In this document: in pieces, positions 46,265-54,988 of the stretch | How the letters are laid out: each line of letters begins with the position of its first letter | How positions within the stretch are numbered: position 1 is the stretch's first letter | Assembly: GCA_037131245.1 (NCBI GenBank) | Contig: JBAXRK010000002.1 | Span: 28,143 to 92,142 of the forward strand | Source of the DNA: Candidatus Omnitrophota bacterium | GTDB lineage: Bacteria > Omnitrophota > Gorgyraeia > Zapsychrales > Fredricksoniimonadaceae | Direction of reading: 5' to 3' | Length of the DNA: 64,000 nt | The notes under the pieces: generated by a model | The model's database searches: none | Seen by the model: only the letters and a program-made list of their open reading frames with translations | What the model was told of the DNA's origin: nothing | Made by a program: the position numbers and the translations under genes

Positions 46265-46902
46265 AGATCCTGCTGGTCCTGGCTGCCCTGACCGTTTCAG
46301 GGCTTTTGCTTTACTGGGTTAAATGCCAGTTGGGTGTGAACGTTATCGATGGGTTCCGTTGGGAAGACCGTATCCCGGCGCTTGAGGTGTTCCAGAAGCA
46401 TATCAAGATTGTGCATCCTAAGCCGGGGGAAGAGTTATTTACGGCGACGTTTGAAAATGAGGTGGCCCTGAAGCCCTGGTGGAAGGCTTATGTGCTGGGC
46501 AAAGGACTGGTAGGGGAGCGGCTTTCTCTTGAAGGCCGGGGCGGCTCCAAAGCCCTTGAGATGGCCAATTTATCGGAACTTTTCTGGGTGAAGGAGTACG
46601 ACCACTGGGTGGGGGTTAAGCCGGGTGAGGTGTTCGCTTACCAGGGGTATTGCCGTTTTCCGGCTGGGGCAACGGAGAAGAGGCGGGCTTTTATGGGCAT
46701 TGCCCTTCATGATGCCGCCCGTAAGCCCGTTAAATGGAATGCCGCTGAAAGCACTGTTACTGCCGCGGGTGGCGCTGATTGGCAGGAGCTATCCGGCCGG
46801 CTGGTTGTTCCGGAAGGCGTCGCTTTGATCCGTTTTCGTATTTCCGGTGATCAGCAGGGACCTATCCTGTTTGATGATATCCGCTTGTGGCGGGAAAAAT
46901 AA
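46249..46902 (+). CDS. membrane-anchored hypothetical protein with carbohydrate-binding-module-like C-terminus
   Basis: Start ATG 46249 (MRPVVKILLVLAALTVSGLLLYW), in frame with track ORF 46090. The C-terminal GPILFDDIRLW resembles the terminal strand of galactose-binding-like CBMs. Confidence 0.4.
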   Translation: MRPVVKILLVLAALTVSGLLLYWVKCQLGVNVIDGFRWEDRIPALEVFQKHIKIVHPKPGEELFTATFENEVALKPWWKAYVLGKGLVGERLSLEGRGGSKALEMANLSELFWVKEYDHWVGVKPGEVFAYQGYCRFPAGATEKRRAFMGIALHDAARKPVKWNAAESTVTAAGGADWQELSGRLVVPEGVALIRFRISGDQQGPILFDDIRLWREK

Positions 46903-46925
46903 TCTCCCTGAAACAGTACCTCGCC

Positions 46926-46954
46926 TTGACATTCATCAATTCATAGTACATACT
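46926..46954 (+). promoter_or_regulatory. putative sigma70-type promoter upstream of the HTH regulator gene
   Basis: TTGACA (46926-46931), a 17-nt spacer, then CATACT (46949-46954), in an AT-rich 130-nt intergenic gap. Confidence 0.3.
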
Positions 46955-47044
46955 TCTATCTATATTTTCACATTTTAGTGGAATTTCCGCAGGGATTAAG
47001 CGATTATAAACGATTTTAATTGATTCACGGGGGTGCTTGCTTTT

Positions 47045-47227
47045 ATGAAGCCAATGATCAGTAATGAAGACAAGTTTTTAACGACTACACAAGCGGCTGG
47101 GCTGCTTAGTGTTAGCGTTTCAACCCTCAAAAAATTCGTTGGCACCGGCCGGATCAGGGCGATCAAAACCCCTGGCGGTCATTACAGGATCCGCAAGAAG
47201 GATCTGATGGAGAATTTGTATGCCTAA
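47045..47227 (+). CDS. excisionase/MerR-superfamily helix-turn-helix DNA-binding protein
   Basis: About 60 aa. LTTTQAAGLLSVSVSTLKKFVGTGRIRAIKTPGGHYRIRKKDL matches the HTH_17 excisionase-family DNA-binding domain. Start alternatives are GTG 47033, ATG 47045 and ATG 47054. Confidence 0.55.
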   Translation: MKPMISNEDKFLTTTQAAGLLSVSVSTLKKFVGTGRIRAIKTPGGHYRIRKKDLMENLYA

Positions 47228-47252
47228 GACTAAGAAAATCATGGAGGAAAGA

Positions 47253-48386
47253 ATGAATAAACTTAATATTGGCCTATTCAGCGCAAGTTTGGTTTCTTTT
47301 TTGGCAATGTCTGTTCCCGGTTATGCCTATATGTGGCAGGGCGTAGAAATAACCCCCAGAGTCGGCCTTGAGGAGACATACGACAGCAATATTACCAGTG
47401 CCAGTTCGAACAAAATGAGTGACATGCTGACCAATGCTACCCTGGGGCTTGAGATCAAGAAGGAAGAGAAGAACAGCCTTGCCCAGCTGGACATGTCGCT
47501 GGCCCGCCAGATGTTCGCCCAACATTCGGAGTTTGATAGTAATTCGGTCAATCTAAATGGCCGATACAGTGTTGACCTGTCGAAATATGGGTCGTTGACG
47601 GTTGAGGATAATTTTTCCAGGGCGGATTCGTTCTCGACCTTCAACCAGCAGTTTGGCGGGACTAGCGGCCTTTACACCAGAAAGATCAATGATTTCGACA
47701 CCGAGTATAAGCATGATGTCAGCACGGAACTCGCGCTCAGGCTTAATTACCATAATACGCTATCTTATTATCCTTCATCGATCCAGTCCGATAGCGTCAG
47801 TCACGCGATCGGCGCGGGGGTGGATTATTCGTTCAGTTCAGCGAACATGGTTAGCGCGGATTATAAACACATTACTAATGATTTCCGGCCGGGTCCTATG
47901 GCCCATGTCAATGAGGTAACGGCGAATTACCGGCATTATTTCACGCCGCAACTTTTCTCGGATATTGCCGCCGGCGTTGATATGATCAACAATTATCTTA
48001 AGGTTAATAAGTCCTATCCTTTGGTGAAGGCAACGCTGACCAGGAATACGGACCGGAATACTACGTTCAGTGTTTCGCTGGAGCAGAAACATGAATTAGC
48101 GACTACGTCAGAGGATGTTTTTAGTAATTGGGTATTGTCGGGAAAGGTTGTCAAACAATTGAAAGAACGGCTTAAGGGTGACGCTACTGTGTTTTATGGT
48201 TCTGGCAAGTATCTAGGCAGTGGACATAAACTTGTTCTCGGCGGAGTAGATGCGGGTGTTAATTATGAAATCACCAAGAATATGAATTGGCGGTGCGGGT
48301 ACCTTTTTTCGAAACAAAATACTTTTGCTGGGGAAGGCGATTACACTAAGAACATGGTTTACACCGGGATAGTTCTTAGATTTTAA
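47253..48386 (+). CDS. outer-membrane beta-barrel protein of the polysaccharide locus (EpsL-like)
   Basis: Start chosen at ATG 47253 (MNKLNIGLFSASLVSFLAMSVPGYA signal peptide) behind a GGAGG RBS. In frame with track ORF 47220. C-terminal YTGIVLRF beta-barrel signature. Confidence 0.5.
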   Translation: MNKLNIGLFSASLVSFLAMSVPGYAYMWQGVEITPRVGLEETYDSNITSASSNKMSDMLTNATLGLEIKKEEKNSLAQLDMSLARQMFAQHSEFDSNSVNLNGRYSVDLSKYGSLTVEDNFSRADSFSTFNQQFGGTSGLYTRKINDFDTEYKHDVSTELALRLNYHNTLSYYPSSIQSDSVSHAIGAGVDYSFSSANMVSADYKHITNDFRPGPMAHVNEVTANYRHYFTPQLFSDIAAGVDMINNYLKVNKSYPLVKATLTRNTDRNTTFSVSLEQKHELATTSEDVFSNWVLSGKVVKQLKERLKGDATVFYGSGKYLGSGHKLVLGGVDAGVNYEITKNMNWRCGYLFSKQNTFAGEGDYTKNMVYTGIVLRF

Positions 48387-48410
48387 AAGAATTAAATTCC
48401 AGGAGGCGTA

Positions 48411-49151
48411 ATGAAGAGAACAGATAAAGTTCAACCGGCAGGTGCGGTTTTATTGACGGCTATGATCTATTTGATCACTGCCGGTGTCAGCGTGACCCTG
48501 GCGGAAGATGGAGCGCTTGATCCGCTTAAGGTCATTAGCAATGAAATGGCGGCTCATGTGGTAGTGGAAAGTAAGGCCGATGCCTCCGATGGCAAGAAAA
48601 ACGAAGACGCGAAAAGGGAGATCCCTTGCCTTGATACGAGCGCAGCGGTCGGCCCCTACACGATCGGTGTTGAGGATATTTTAAGGATCGAGGTGCTTAA
48701 GCCGGAGACTATCAATAACCAGGTGAACGTGTCACCTGACGGCTCGGTCAGTTTTCCTTATATAGGTAGCGTTATGGTCAAAGGGCGTACGGTTGACCAG
48801 GTGCAGGAGGAAATACAGACCCGTTTGGGCAATGGGTACATGAAATATCCTCTGGTATCGGTAACGTTGATCGATTCCCGTAGTCGGAAGTTCTTTGTGT
48901 ACGGTGAAGTACTAAAGCCCGGTGCTTATGCGATCGAAGAGAACATGTCAGTTCTGCGTGCTATCTCCATGGCTGGCGGGTTCACTCGTTTTGGTTCATC
49001 CAGCCGTGTGAAGGTGCTCCGTCCCCGCAAAAGCGGGCCGAGTTATGAGCCTATTAAGATCAAGATCACGGCGGTTATGGATGGTGATTGCAGTGAGGAC
49101 TTAATGATCAAGTCCGGCGATGTGGTAGTGGTTTCTGAAGGCGTTTTTTAA
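48411..49151 (+). CDS. wza: periplasmic polysaccharide export protein (Wza/GumB-like: Poly_export + SLBB)
   Basis: 246 aa. Signal peptide. YTIGVEDILRIEV...VSPDGSVSFPYIGSVMVKGRTVDQVQEEI poly-export motif followed by one SLBB domain. AGGAGG RBS. Confidence 0.7.
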   Translation: MKRTDKVQPAGAVLLTAMIYLITAGVSVTLAEDGALDPLKVISNEMAAHVVVESKADASDGKKNEDAKREIPCLDTSAAVGPYTIGVEDILRIEVLKPETINNQVNVSPDGSVSFPYIGSVMVKGRTVDQVQEEIQTRLGNGYMKYPLVSVTLIDSRSRKFFVYGEVLKPGAYAIEENMSVLRAISMAGGFTRFGSSSRVKVLRPRKSGPSYEPIKIKITAVMDGDCSEDLMIKSGDVVVVSEGVF

Positions 49152-49162
49152 TATTGGGAATG

Positions 49163-49223
49163 AACTCCAATCCGCTCGTCAGGCTGTGGGCCTGTCGTAG
49201 CGGATTGGAGTTAAAAAAATTTT
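49163..49223 (+). terminator. large perfect hairpin plus A/T tract between wza-like gene and chain-length determinant gene
   Basis: AACTCCAATCCGCT (49163-49176) pairs with AGCGGATTGGAGTT (49199-49212). The 22-nt loop contains an inner CAGGC/GCCTG stem. Followed by AAAAAAATTTT. Confidence 0.35.
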
Positions 49224-49251
49224 AGCAGAAAATTTTTTTAAGGAGATCAAG

Positions 49252-50841
49252 ATGCAAACGGAAGAATTAACCAGCAGTTCACTTCGTGATTATGTGCGGA
49301 TCCTTTTTCGCCGTAAAGATGCGGTCATTATGTCGATGGTCACTGTTATCTCGGTTGTGCTTTGGGGTTTGCTGCTGCAGACACCGGTTTACGAGGCACA
49401 GGTTAAGATGCTTATTTCGGCTGAGAAGCAGGTGCAGTCGCCTTATTTCAGGGAATTAATGGGCGACCGTAATACCGAAGCTTCTGTTACACAGAGCGAG
49501 ATCGTGATCTCAAGGCCGGTGCTGGAGCGTGTGGTCAGGGCGCTTTCGCTACATTTACGCCCGGCAGATTATGAAAGAAAATATGCTTCACCGTTGAAAA
49601 AGCTGGTCATGGATTTTCAAGTAAAGCACGTTCAGCCGAAGAAGAGTTCATTGAGTCCTGAGGAAACAGAGAAGCTGGCTTTTAATAGAACGATCGCAGG
49701 GCTCAAAAAGAGCATTAAGGTTGTGCCAGTTCGCGATACCAATATTTTTGTTATTAGTGTCCGTGATGTTGACCCTGTTGTTGCAGCATCGATCGCTAAT
49801 GTGGCAAGTCGCTCGTATATCGTTTTCGACCTTGAACAGCAATTAGCCGAGCTAACGCAGAAATATGGTGAAAAGCATCCGGCCGTATTGCAGCTGCAGG
49901 ATAACATAAACCGTTTACTAAAGAGTTTGAATGCTGAGGCATTATCAAATAGCGATGCGATCGGTCCGGCGAGTGTCAAGATCATCGAACAGGCCTCAGT
50001 GCCATTAAAAACGACCGGGAATTCTCGTATTACCATGTTTTTGTTAGGCATTTTAGTCAGTGTTTTATTGGGGATCTTCCTGGCGTTCGTGTTTGAGTAT
50101 ATGGATCCTTCATTTCATTCTGCCGGAGATGTCGAACGGGAATTGAAGCTTTCTGTTCTTGGCAATGTTCCCTTGCGTAAGCGGCGTGAAAGCAAGCTGA
50201 TCACCCCCGCTGACCAGAACGCTTTTGTTCATGCATTTCAGGAGATTTGCGATCAGATCCGTTTCCAGATCGCCGATAAAGGTATCAAGTCCATTCTGGT
50301 TGTTTCCTCTGGAAGTAAAGAGGGCACGTCAACATTAACGGCGAATCTGGGCTTATTCCTGGCTCAACGAGCGGGTTACGAGGTTTTGGTTATCGATACT
50401 AATTTGCGTAATCCGTCTCAGCACAATTTTTTCAAATTGGGGAATATTGCCGGTTTCGCGGAGATCGTTGAAGGGAAAGTTGGCTTTGAAGCCGCGATTA
50501 AGTCTGTTGGAAAGAAGCTTAATGTGATCGTTGCTGGAAAAACGGCTGTCAACCCAGCCATTCTTATTGATTCTCCTAAGGTTAAAGAGCTTCTGTCCGC
50601 GGCTTCCAAAATATATCAGGTCGTGTTGGTGGATGGTCCTAATTTGGCCAGCCATCGTGATGCTCTGGCTTTGGCGGCGCTTACAGATGCTGCTGTTCTG
50701 GTGATTAGCGAAGGGCAGACACGCCGCCAGGTTATTAAAGCGACAGTGGAGCCGCTGGTGGAACGTAAAACGAATATTCTCGGCGCTATTGTTAATAGAA
50801 GGCGTTTTGATATTCCGAAATTCATTTACGACAGGCTTTAA
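49252..50841 (+). CDS. polysaccharide chain-length determinant (Wzz domain) fused to BY-kinase-like P-loop ATPase domain with degenerate Walker A
   Basis: 529 aa. N-terminal TM plus Wzz region (LRDYVRILFRRKDAVIMSMVTVISVVL). Second TM, then a C-terminal MinD/BY-kinase-like domain. The P-loop reads VVSSGSKEGTST (no GKS/T lysine). Walker B-like VVLVDGPN. Confidence 0.65.
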   Translation: MQTEELTSSSLRDYVRILFRRKDAVIMSMVTVISVVLWGLLLQTPVYEAQVKMLISAEKQVQSPYFRELMGDRNTEASVTQSEIVISRPVLERVVRALSLHLRPADYERKYASPLKKLVMDFQVKHVQPKKSSLSPEETEKLAFNRTIAGLKKSIKVVPVRDTNIFVISVRDVDPVVAASIANVASRSYIVFDLEQQLAELTQKYGEKHPAVLQLQDNINRLLKSLNAEALSNSDAIGPASVKIIEQASVPLKTTGNSRITMFLLGILVSVLLGIFLAFVFEYMDPSFHSAGDVERELKLSVLGNVPLRKRRESKLITPADQNAFVHAFQEICDQIRFQIADKGIKSILVVSSGSKEGTSTLTANLGLFLAQRAGYEVLVIDTNLRNPSQHNFFKLGNIAGFAEIVEGKVGFEAAIKSVGKKLNVIVAGKTAVNPAILIDSPKVKELLSAASKIYQVVLVDGPNLASHRDALALAALTDAAVLVISEGQTRRQVIKATVEPLVERKTNILGAIVNRRRFDIPKFIYDRL

Positions 50842-51596
50842 TGAATTGCTTGTTCGGCGGCGATCAGTTAAGGGTTATTTATTATCACCGGGTTGTTGAA
50901 GACGGGGTGCCGACTGATATTCGTGAGCCGGGCATGTTCGTGACCCGCGCGGCTTTTGACGCGCAGATCAGGCATTTGAAAGATCGATATTGCGCAGTAT
51001 CAGAAGATCAGGTTGTTGCGGCTGTTAATGGAAAGTCAAAGCTCCCGGAAAAAGCGGTCTGGGTTACCTTTGACGACGGGTATAAAGATAATTTTACGCT
51101 GGGCTATCCTGTTTTGAAGAAATACGGGGTCCCGGCCACTTTTTTTGTTACGACAGGTTATTTGAACGGCCAGTTCTTTCCGGCGGATTTTAAGGCGGCC
51201 CGTGATCTGTTCATGACTTGGGATGATGTTTGTTCTTTGAGTCGGGATGGTTTCGCTATTGGAGCGCATACGGTTTCGCATCCGTCGGCCAGGCAGCTTT
51301 CCGAGGCCGAGCTGGAACGGGAAGTGGCCGATTCCAAGAAAGAGATCGAACAGCGCGTGGGGATCACGGTGCGCTCTTTTGCGTATCCTTTTGGCAAACA
51401 GATCAATGTAGACGCTGTTATTGGGACGCCGGTCTTAAAAAGGAACGGGTTAGAACTAGCGGTAACAACGTCCGGCGGTGTTAACAAAGATATTGTTGCC
51501 GGGCGTTATGAGGTGAAGCGATTTGGGGCGAGTAGTAGGGATAATATGTTGAAGTTTTGGATTAAAGTCGCATTTTCAGGGGCATGGCAAACATAA
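50841..51596 (+). CDS. polysaccharide deacetylase (NodB homology domain)
   Basis: 251 aa. TFDDGY motif 1, HTVSHP motif and the rest of the NodB fold. TAATG overlap with the upstream gene. Confidence 0.75.
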   Translation: MNCLFGGDQLRVIYYHRVVEDGVPTDIREPGMFVTRAAFDAQIRHLKDRYCAVSEDQVVAAVNGKSKLPEKAVWVTFDDGYKDNFTLGYPVLKKYGVPATFFVTTGYLNGQFFPADFKAARDLFMTWDDVCSLSRDGFAIGAHTVSHPSARQLSEAELEREVADSKKEIEQRVGITVRSFAYPFGKQINVDAVIGTPVLKRNGLELAVTTSGGVNKDIVAGRYEVKRFGASSRDNMLKFWIKVAFSGAWQT

Positions 51597-51605
51597 GGAA
51601 AAACT

Positions 51606-52691
51606 ATGAAGAAAGCATTGATCACAGGGGCAACAGGGCAGGACGGAGCGTATCTTTCAGAATTATTGCTGGCCAAGGGCTACGAAGTTCACGGCATAAA
51701 GCGCCGCAGTTCTCTTTTTAATACGCATCGCGTGGATCATTTGTATCAGGATCCGCACGAGAAAGTCGTTAAATTCAAGCTGCATTACGGCGATCTGACG
51801 GATTCCACCAACATTATCCGTATCGTCCAGGATGTTCAGCCCGATGAGATCTATAACCTCGCCGCGCAGTCGCATGTGCAGGTTTCTTTTGAGACGCCTG
51901 AATATACGGCAAACTCAGACGCTATTGGTACACTGCGTTTGCTTGAAGCCATCCGCATCCTGAAGCTTGAGAAAAAGACCCGTTTTTATCAGGCGTCTAC
52001 CTCCGAACTTTACGGCAAGGTGCAGGAAACGCCTCAGAAAGAGACCACGCCGTTCTATCCGCGCAGCCCTTACGCGGCGGCGAAGATCTATGCGTACTGG
52101 ATCACGGTCAATTACCGTGAAGGGTATAACATGTTCGCCTGCAATGGCATTTTGTTCAATCATGAGTCTCCGCTTCGTGGTGAGACCTTTGTTACCCGCA
52201 AGATCACTCGCGCGGCCGCCCGTATCAAGATGGGGCTTCAGAAGAAGCTTTATCTCGGTAACTTGAATTCCAAGCGTGACTGGGGCCATGCCAAGGATTA
52301 TGTTGAGGGCATGTGGATGATTCTGCAGCAGGACACACCCGACGATTTTGTGCTGGCTACCGGTGAAACCCATTCGGTGCGTGAGTTCGTGGGCTTGGCT
52401 TTTGCCCAGCTGGGCATTGAAGTGACCTGGCAGGGTGAGGGTGTTAATGAGAAGGGCCTTAATAAAGCTACCGGGGACATTATTGTTGAGGTTGATCCGC
52501 GGTATTTCCGTCCGACGGAGGTTGACCTTTTGCTGGGCGACCCCACCAAGGCCAGAACAAAACTTGGTTGGAAACCGAAATACACGCTGGCTACCCTTAT
52601 TAAAGAGATGGTCGATACCGACCTTTCCGAGACCAAGAAAGAGATCTTCCTTAAGAGCGAAGGTTTCCGTACCATGAACTTTCACGAATAA
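51606..52691 (+). CDS. gmd: GDP-mannose 4,6-dehydratase
   Basis: 361 aa. [35 protein letters not shown] is a near-canonical Gmd N-terminus. AAGGAAA RBS. Confidence 0.9.
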   Translation: MKKALITGATGQDGAYLSELLLAKGYEVHGIKRRSSLFNTHRVDHLYQDPHEKVVKFKLHYGDLTDSTNIIRIVQDVQPDEIYNLAAQSHVQVSFETPEYTANSDAIGTLRLLEAIRILKLEKKTRFYQASTSELYGKVQETPQKETTPFYPRSPYAAAKIYAYWITVNYREGYNMFACNGILFNHESPLRGETFVTRKITRAAARIKMGLQKKLYLGNLNSKRDWGHAKDYVEGMWMILQQDTPDDFVLATGETHSVREFVGLAFAQLGIEVTWQGEGVNEKGLNKATGDIIVEVDPRYFRPTEVDLLLGDPTKARTKLGWKPKYTLATLIKEMVDTDLSETKKEIFLKSEGFRTMNFHE

Positions 52692-52717
52692 CGGATTCAG
52701 CCTGCTTTCTGTCGCGG

Positions 52718-52745
52718 TTGACATCACGGCATAAATATGTAATAA
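52718..52745 (+). promoter_or_regulatory. putative sigma70 promoter for the inserted AAA ATPase gene
   Basis: TTGACA (52718-52723), a 16-nt spacer, then TAATAA (52740-52745), in a ~100-nt AT-rich gap. A TGCCA-N7-TGGCA inverted repeat lies just downstream. Confidence 0.4.
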
Positions 52746-52788
52746 TTGCCATGTAAGTTGGCATTTATCATATTATTGATAGAGGAAC

Positions 52789-53931
52789 ATGGCGGATAAA
52801 AAGTCAGTATATATTGATCGGATCATTGATCTGGCGGCACTTCTGGAAAAGAAGTCGATCTTTCTTTTCGGGCCAAGGCAAACAGGCAAAAGCGCTCTGA
52901 TCCGGCATTTATTATTGGAGCACCGGATCTATAATTTGCTCGAGCATGATACGTTCCTGAAACTTAGCCGCACGCCCCAGTTGATACGCCAGCAGTGCAC
53001 CTCCCGGGACAAGGTGATCGTGATCGACGAGATCCAGCGTTTGCCGTCGTTGCTTGATGAAGTGCATTTGTTGATCGAAGAGCGGGGCATTCATTTTCTG
53101 CTAACCGGATCGAGCGCCAGGAAATTAAGAAGGGGCGGCGTGAATTTACTGGGCGGCCGTGCCAGGGAAAAGCATTTATTCCCTTTGAGTTTCAGGGAGT
53201 TGGGACCGAAGTTCGATCTGACGCGGGCGTTGAATTTCGGGATGTTGCCGTCCATTTATTTCTCGGATGCTCCGGAAGAGGATCTTGAAGCCTATGCGGG
53301 GGCGTATTTAAAGACCGAGATCGCCGATGAAGGCGCAACCCGTAATATTCCGGCTTTCAGCCGTTTCCTGGAAGTTGCCGCTGTATGTAACGGGCAAATG
53401 GTCAATTATTCAAATATTGCCAACGATGCCCAGGTGCCGCGCAGTACGGTTCAGGAATATTTTCAGATCTTAAAAGATACCCTTATTGCGTACGAGTTGC
53501 CGGCCTGGAGAGGGTCCACCAAAAGGAAGCCGGTATCTACGTCGAAGTTTTATTTTTTTGATGTCGGCCTGGCGCGTTACCTGCAAAATCGGAAGCAAAT
53601 TGTTCCCGGGTCAAAGGAATACGGGGAATGTTTTGAAGCTTATATATTCCAGGAGCTGAAAGTCTATTCGGCGTATAAGGGGCGCGGTGAATTGGCCTAT
53701 TGGCGATCGGTGTCCGGGTATGAAGTGGATTTTATTGTAGATGATGAGATCGCGATCGAAGTAAAGGCGACGGCTAATGTAGGGGCCGGCGAGCTGAAGG
53801 GCCTCAAGGCCATTCGCGACGAACAGAAATTAAAACGGTATGTTTTGGCGTGCTGTGTGGACACGCCGCGCGTGGTTGACGGCATTCACATTATGCCCTG
53901 GCGCATGGCGTTAAACGAGTTGTGGACGTAA
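52789..53931 (+). CDS. AAA-family ATPase (DUF4143-containing ATP-binding protein)
   Basis: 380 aa. Walker A GPRQTGKS, Walker B VIVIDEIQ. C-terminal DUF4143-like region. AGAGGAA RBS. Confidence 0.65.
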   Translation: MADKKSVYIDRIIDLAALLEKKSIFLFGPRQTGKSALIRHLLLEHRIYNLLEHDTFLKLSRTPQLIRQQCTSRDKVIVIDEIQRLPSLLDEVHLLIEERGIHFLLTGSSARKLRRGGVNLLGGRAREKHLFPLSFRELGPKFDLTRALNFGMLPSIYFSDAPEEDLEAYAGAYLKTEIADEGATRNIPAFSRFLEVAAVCNGQMVNYSNIANDAQVPRSTVQEYFQILKDTLIAYELPAWRGSTKRKPVSTSKFYFFDVGLARYLQNRKQIVPGSKEYGECFEAYIFQELKVYSAYKGRGELAYWRSVSGYEVDFIVDDEIAIEVKATANVGAGELKGLKAIRDEQKLKRYVLACCVDTPRVVDGIHIMPWRMALNELWT

Positions 53932-53943
53932 AGAGAGGGATCG

Positions 53944-54987
53944 ATGGATAAGGATAAGAAGATTTTCGTGGCCGGCCACCGGGGCATGGTGGGTTCGGCG
54001 ATATGTCGCAAGCTTAATGCCGATGGGTTCCTTAATGTTGTAACAAAGACCCATCAGGAGCTCGACCTTACCCGTCAGCAGGATGTGGAGCGGTTTTTTG
54101 ATAAGGAGCAGCCAAAGTATGTGTTCCTGGCAGCGGCGCGGGTGGGAGGCATTCTGGCGAACAGCACGTATACGGCTGATTTTATTTATCAGAATATCAT
54201 GATCGCGGCGAACGTTGTGCAGGCGAGCTATAAGTTCAAGGTTGCCAAACTGTTGAACCTGGGTTCTACCTGCATTTACCCTAAGCATGCGCCTCAGCCC
54301 ATGAAAGAAGAGCATTTGCTTTCCGGCGCACTTGAACCTACCAATGAAGCGTATGCGGTGGCCAAGATATCGGCTATCAAGCTTTGCCGCTATTATAACG
54401 AGCAGTATGGCACTAATTTCATGTCGGTGATGCCCACCAACTTGTACGGTATTAACGACAATTATAATTTTGAAGGCTCGCATTTATTGCCGGCTTTTAT
54501 CCGTAAGTTCCATCTTGCGAAATTACTTAAGCAGGGCGATCTGGCGGCGATCAAGGCCGATTTCCAAAAGCGGGGGGCACCGGCCGGGGCTAAAAGATCA
54601 TCGGATGATATTGTGACTGCTTTGAAAGACATCGGTGTGACCGCCGAGGCATTAACTTTGTGGGGCAGCGGTACGCCTTATCGTGAATTGCTTTATGCCG
54701 ATGACCTGGCCGAGGCCTGCGTTTATTTGATGAATACTTACGACGCGGCCAAAGTGGGGGAGTTTGTGAATGTCGGCACCGGCGAGGATCTGCAGATCAA
54801 GGATATCGCGAAACTCGTTAAGGAAGTTGTTGGGTTTAAGGGAGATATTAGTTGGAACACAGCGAAGCCGGATGGCACACCAAAGAAGCTGGCTGACGTT
54901 TCCCGGATCAATGCCCTGGGGTGGAAAGCGAAGACCTCGTTGAAAGAGGGTATCCTATTGGCCTACAAAGACTATCTGGGATCATAA
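53944..54987 (+). CDS. fcl: GDP-L-fucose synthase (GDP-4-keto-6-deoxymannose 3,5-epimerase/4-reductase)
   Basis: 347 aa. KIFVAGHRGMVGSAICRKL N-terminus and the YAVAKIS catalytic YxxxK. Confidence 0.85.
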   Translation: MDKDKKIFVAGHRGMVGSAICRKLNADGFLNVVTKTHQELDLTRQQDVERFFDKEQPKYVFLAAARVGGILANSTYTADFIYQNIMIAANVVQASYKFKVAKLLNLGSTCIYPKHAPQPMKEEHLLSGALEPTNEAYAVAKISAIKLCRYYNEQYGTNFMSVMPTNLYGINDNYNFEGSHLLPAFIRKFHLAKLLKQGDLAAIKADFQKRGAPAGAKRSSDDIVTALKDIGVTAEALTLWGSGTPYRELLYADDLAEACVYLMNTYDAAKVGEFVNVGTGEDLQIKDIAKLVKEVVGFKGDISWNTAKPDGTPKKLADVSRINALGWKAKTSLKEGILLAYKDYLGS

Positions 54988-54988
54988 A

